Under the pieces are notes generated by a model that saw only the letters and a program-made list of their open reading frames with translations, was not told the origin of the DNA and ran no database searches. The position numbers and the translations under genes were made by a program. Source: Candidatus Rokuibacteriota bacterium (GTDB lineage Bacteria > JAUVQV01 > DATDCY01). Taken from it: DNA of 39,402 bases. The stretch spans positions 1 to 39,402 of the forward strand of contig JANOHV010000018.1 of assembly GCA_031406795.1 (NCBI GenBank), given 5' to 3'. Of this stretch, positions 37,262 through 39,402 are shown piece by piece. Numbering within the stretch: the first letter of the stretch is position 1; each line of letters starts with the position of its first letter.

Positions 37262-38437
37262 TCAATGGTGGAAGAGGCGGACGCCGGTGAAGACCATCGT
37301 CATCCCGTACTCGTTCGCGGCCTGGATCACGAGGTCGTCGCGCGTCGAGCCCCCCGGCTCGAGAACGAATTTGACCCCGGTGGCGGCGGCGCGGTCGATG
37401 CTGTCGCGGAACGGGAAGAACGCGTCGGAGCCGCACGTGACGCCGGTCAGGGCGCCGAGCCAGGCTCGCTTCTCGTCGGCTGTCAGCTGGCGCGGCTGGC
37501 TGGTGAAAATCTCGCCCCAGCCGGCCTTTTCATTCGGCGTGACGTCGTCGCGCAGAAACTGGTCGATGGCGTTGTCGCGCTCGGCGCGCTTGATCCCGGC
37601 CTTGAAGGGCAGGCCCAGGATGTGCGGATGCTGGCGCAGGCGCCAGAGGTCCGCCTTCTGGCCGGCGAGACGGACACAGTGCACGCGCGACTGCTGGCCC
37701 GCGCCCACGCCGATGGTCTGCCCATCGACGACGAAGCAGACCGAGTTGGACTGGGTGTACTTGAGCGTGATCCAGGCGATCGTCAGGTCGCGCCGCGCGG
37801 CGTCGGGAAGCTCGCGGGCGACCGTGACGATCCTGGTGAAGTCGGCCGGCGTGACAACGCGGTCGTGTCGGCGCTGCTCGAAGGTGATGCCGAAGACATC
37901 GCGGTTTTCGGGGGCCGCCGCCGGTTCGTACGCGGGATCGATCCGGACAACGGCGTACTTCCCCTGCTTCTTGTTGCGCAGGATCTCGAGAGCCTCCGGT
38001 TCATAGCCCGGGGCGATGACGCCGTCGGAGACCTCGCGCGCCAGAATGCGCGCGGTGGAAACGTCGACGACGTCCGAGAGCGCGACGAAGTCGCCAAACG
38101 AGCAGAGCCGGTCGGCGCCGCGGGCGCGGGCGTAGGCGCAGGCGAGCGGCGAGAGCTCCAGGTCGTCCACGAAGCAGGCTTTGCGCAACGTGTCGGAGAG
38201 CGGTACGGCAACCGCGGCGCCCGACGGGCTGACGTGCTTGAACGAGGTGGCGGCGGGCAGCCCGGTGGCCTGCCGTAGTTCGCGCACCAGCTGCCAGGCG
38301 TTCACGGCGTCGAGCAGATTGATGTACCCCGGCGAGCCGCCGAGGACCTCGATCGGCAGATCGGCGCCGCTCTTCATGAAGACGCGGGCCGGGGCCTGCT
38401 GGGGGTTGGTGCCGTAGCGAAGAGGCAGTTCCTTCAT
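37262..38437 (-). CDS. purH: AICAR transformylase, short PurH lacking the IMP cyclohydrolase domain, 391 aa
   Basis: Starts LRYGTNPQQ; PGYINLLDA, SFKHVSPSGA, LKYTQSNSV, GAGQQSRVHC, SDAFFPFRD, RLFHH. Confidence 0.92.
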   Translation of the reverse strand: MKELPLRYGTNPQQAPARVFMKSGADLPIEVLGGSPGYINLLDAVNAWQLVRELRQATGLPAATSFKHVSPSGAAVAVPLSDTLRKACFVDDLELSPLACAYARARGADRLCSFGDFVALSDVVDVSTARILAREVSDGVIAPGYEPEALEILRNKKQGKYAVVRIDPAYEPAAAPENRDVFGITFEQRRHDRVVTPADFTRIVTVARELPDAARRDLTIAWITLKYTQSNSVCFVVDGQTIGVGAGQQSRVHCVRLAGQKADLWRLRQHPHILGLPFKAGIKRAERDNAIDQFLRDDVTPNEKAGWGEIFTSQPRQLTADEKRAWLGALTGVTCGSDAFFPFRDSIDRAAATGVKFVLEPGGSTRDDLVIQAANEYGMTMVFTGVRLFHH

Positions 38438-38520
38438 GGTGACGGTCCTTTCAGCATGATCGCAGAGTCCGTTCCCCTCCCGGCGCGGTGCTGTTACGCC
38501 TGCCACCGGGCACCGCCTGG

Positions 38521-39402
38521 TCAGAGGCCCCGGGACACGCGCACCGCGCAGACCTTCAGCTCGGGAATCTTCGCCACCGGGTCGACGGCGCTGTTGGTCA
38601 GCAGGTTCGCCGCCGACTCCGCGTAGTGGAACGGCATGAAAACCACTCCCGGCTTGATCCCCGCGGTGATGAGCGCCGTGGTCGCGACGCTTCCGCGGCG
38701 GCTCCGCACCGTCACACTCTCGCCGTCGGCGATGCCGAGCGCCTCGGCGTCCTCGGGGTTGATCTCCAGCCAGCTGCGCGGCGCCAGGGCCTCGAGACCC
38801 GGCGAACGCCGCGTCATGGTCCCCGTGTGGTACTGCCAGAGCGAGCGGCCGGTCGTCAGCCGCAGCGGGTACGCCGCATCCGGTTCTTCGGCGGGCGGCC
38901 GGTACTCGATCGGGCTGAAGAGCCCCTTGCCGCGCGTGAACTCCTTCGTGTGCAGGATCGGCGTCCCGGGGTGATCCGGCGTCGGGCAGGGCCAGTGCAG
39001 GCCGCAGACCTCGAGCCGGTCGTAGGTGATGCTCGCGTAGCTCGGCGTCAGCGTGTGGATCTCGGCCATGATCTCGGCCGCCGAGCCATACAGCATTGGA
39101 TGGCCCATCGCGCCGCTGACGGCCGCGATGATCTCCCAATCGCCTTTCGCCTGCCCCGGCGGCTCAGTCGCGGCCCGCACGCGCTGCACTCGCCGCTCGG
39201 TGTTCGTGAAGGTGCCGTCCTTTTCGGCGAAGGAGGCGGCGGGGAGCACGACGTCGGCGAGGCGCGCCGTCTCGGTCAGGAAGATGTCCTGGACGACGAG
39301 AAAATCGAGCTTTTCGAGCGCGTGCTGCAGGTGCCCGATGTCCGGGTCGGAGACGAGCGGGTTCTCGCCCATCACGTAGAGCGCCTTCACGCTGCCCGCG
39401 AG
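38521..39402 (-). CDS. fdhF: Formate dehydrogenase alpha subunit (FdhF-like), C-terminal part; 5'-truncated by the window
   Basis: YVMGENP, VVQDIFLTETA, LPAASFAEKDGTFTNTERRVQ, LTTGR..YHTGTMTRR, ANLLT..DPVAKIPELKVCAV. Confidence 0.9.
   Translation of the reverse strand, partial: LAGSVKALYVMGENPLVSDPDIGHLQHALEKLDFLVVQDIFLTETARLADVVLPAASFAEKDGTFTNTERRVQRVRAATEPPGQAKGDWEIIAAVSGAMGHPMLYGSAAEIMAEIHTLTPSYASITYDRLEVCGLHWPCPTPDHPGTPILHTKEFTRGKGLFSPIEYRPPAEEPDAAYPLRLTTGRSLWQYHTGTMTRRSPGLEALAPRSWLEINPEDAEALGIADGESVTVRSRRGSVATTALITAGIKPGVVFMPFHYAESAANLLTNSAVDPVAKIPELKVCAVRVSRGL

Noticed and set aside
38438-38520. Possible ZMP/ZTP riboswitch upstream of purH
   Set aside because: The 83-nt gap lacks the conserved elements I would expect (GACTGGCG..GTGG..CCAC..GCCTGGGC).

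Overview
High-GC bacterial window, probably from an anaerobic deltaproteobacterium-like lineage (inferred from gene content). From left to right it holds: (1) an hdrC-hdrB-hdrA/hdrL operon (- strand) cut at the window start by a perfect 76-bp fold-back that is probably an artifact; (2) a divergent hybrid sensor kinase with a periplasmic binding domain; (3) a birA-bioB-bioF-bioG(DUF452)-bioC-bioD-bioA operon with a BirA-type operator; (4) three small Cys-rich or flavoprotein genes; (5) mlaEFDCA, where MlaF carries an extra degenerate GGDEF-like domain; (6) ugd; (7) gnd-zwf-pgi-pgl plus a B12-type radical SAM gene; (8) a five-gene ArsS-like cluster (DedA, flavoprotein disulfide reductase, AhpD-like protein, radical SAM, fused double glycosyltransferase) whose radical SAM gene appears to encode selenocysteine via UGA plus a SECIS-like hairpin; (9) pntAB, a short purH and the 3' part of a formate dehydrogenase alpha gene. 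Intergenic DNA carries about five copies of a ~128-nt palindromic element whose stems covary between copies, a GTAG-type REP pair and a bistable hairpin. All family assignments come from motif recognition only; no searches were run.
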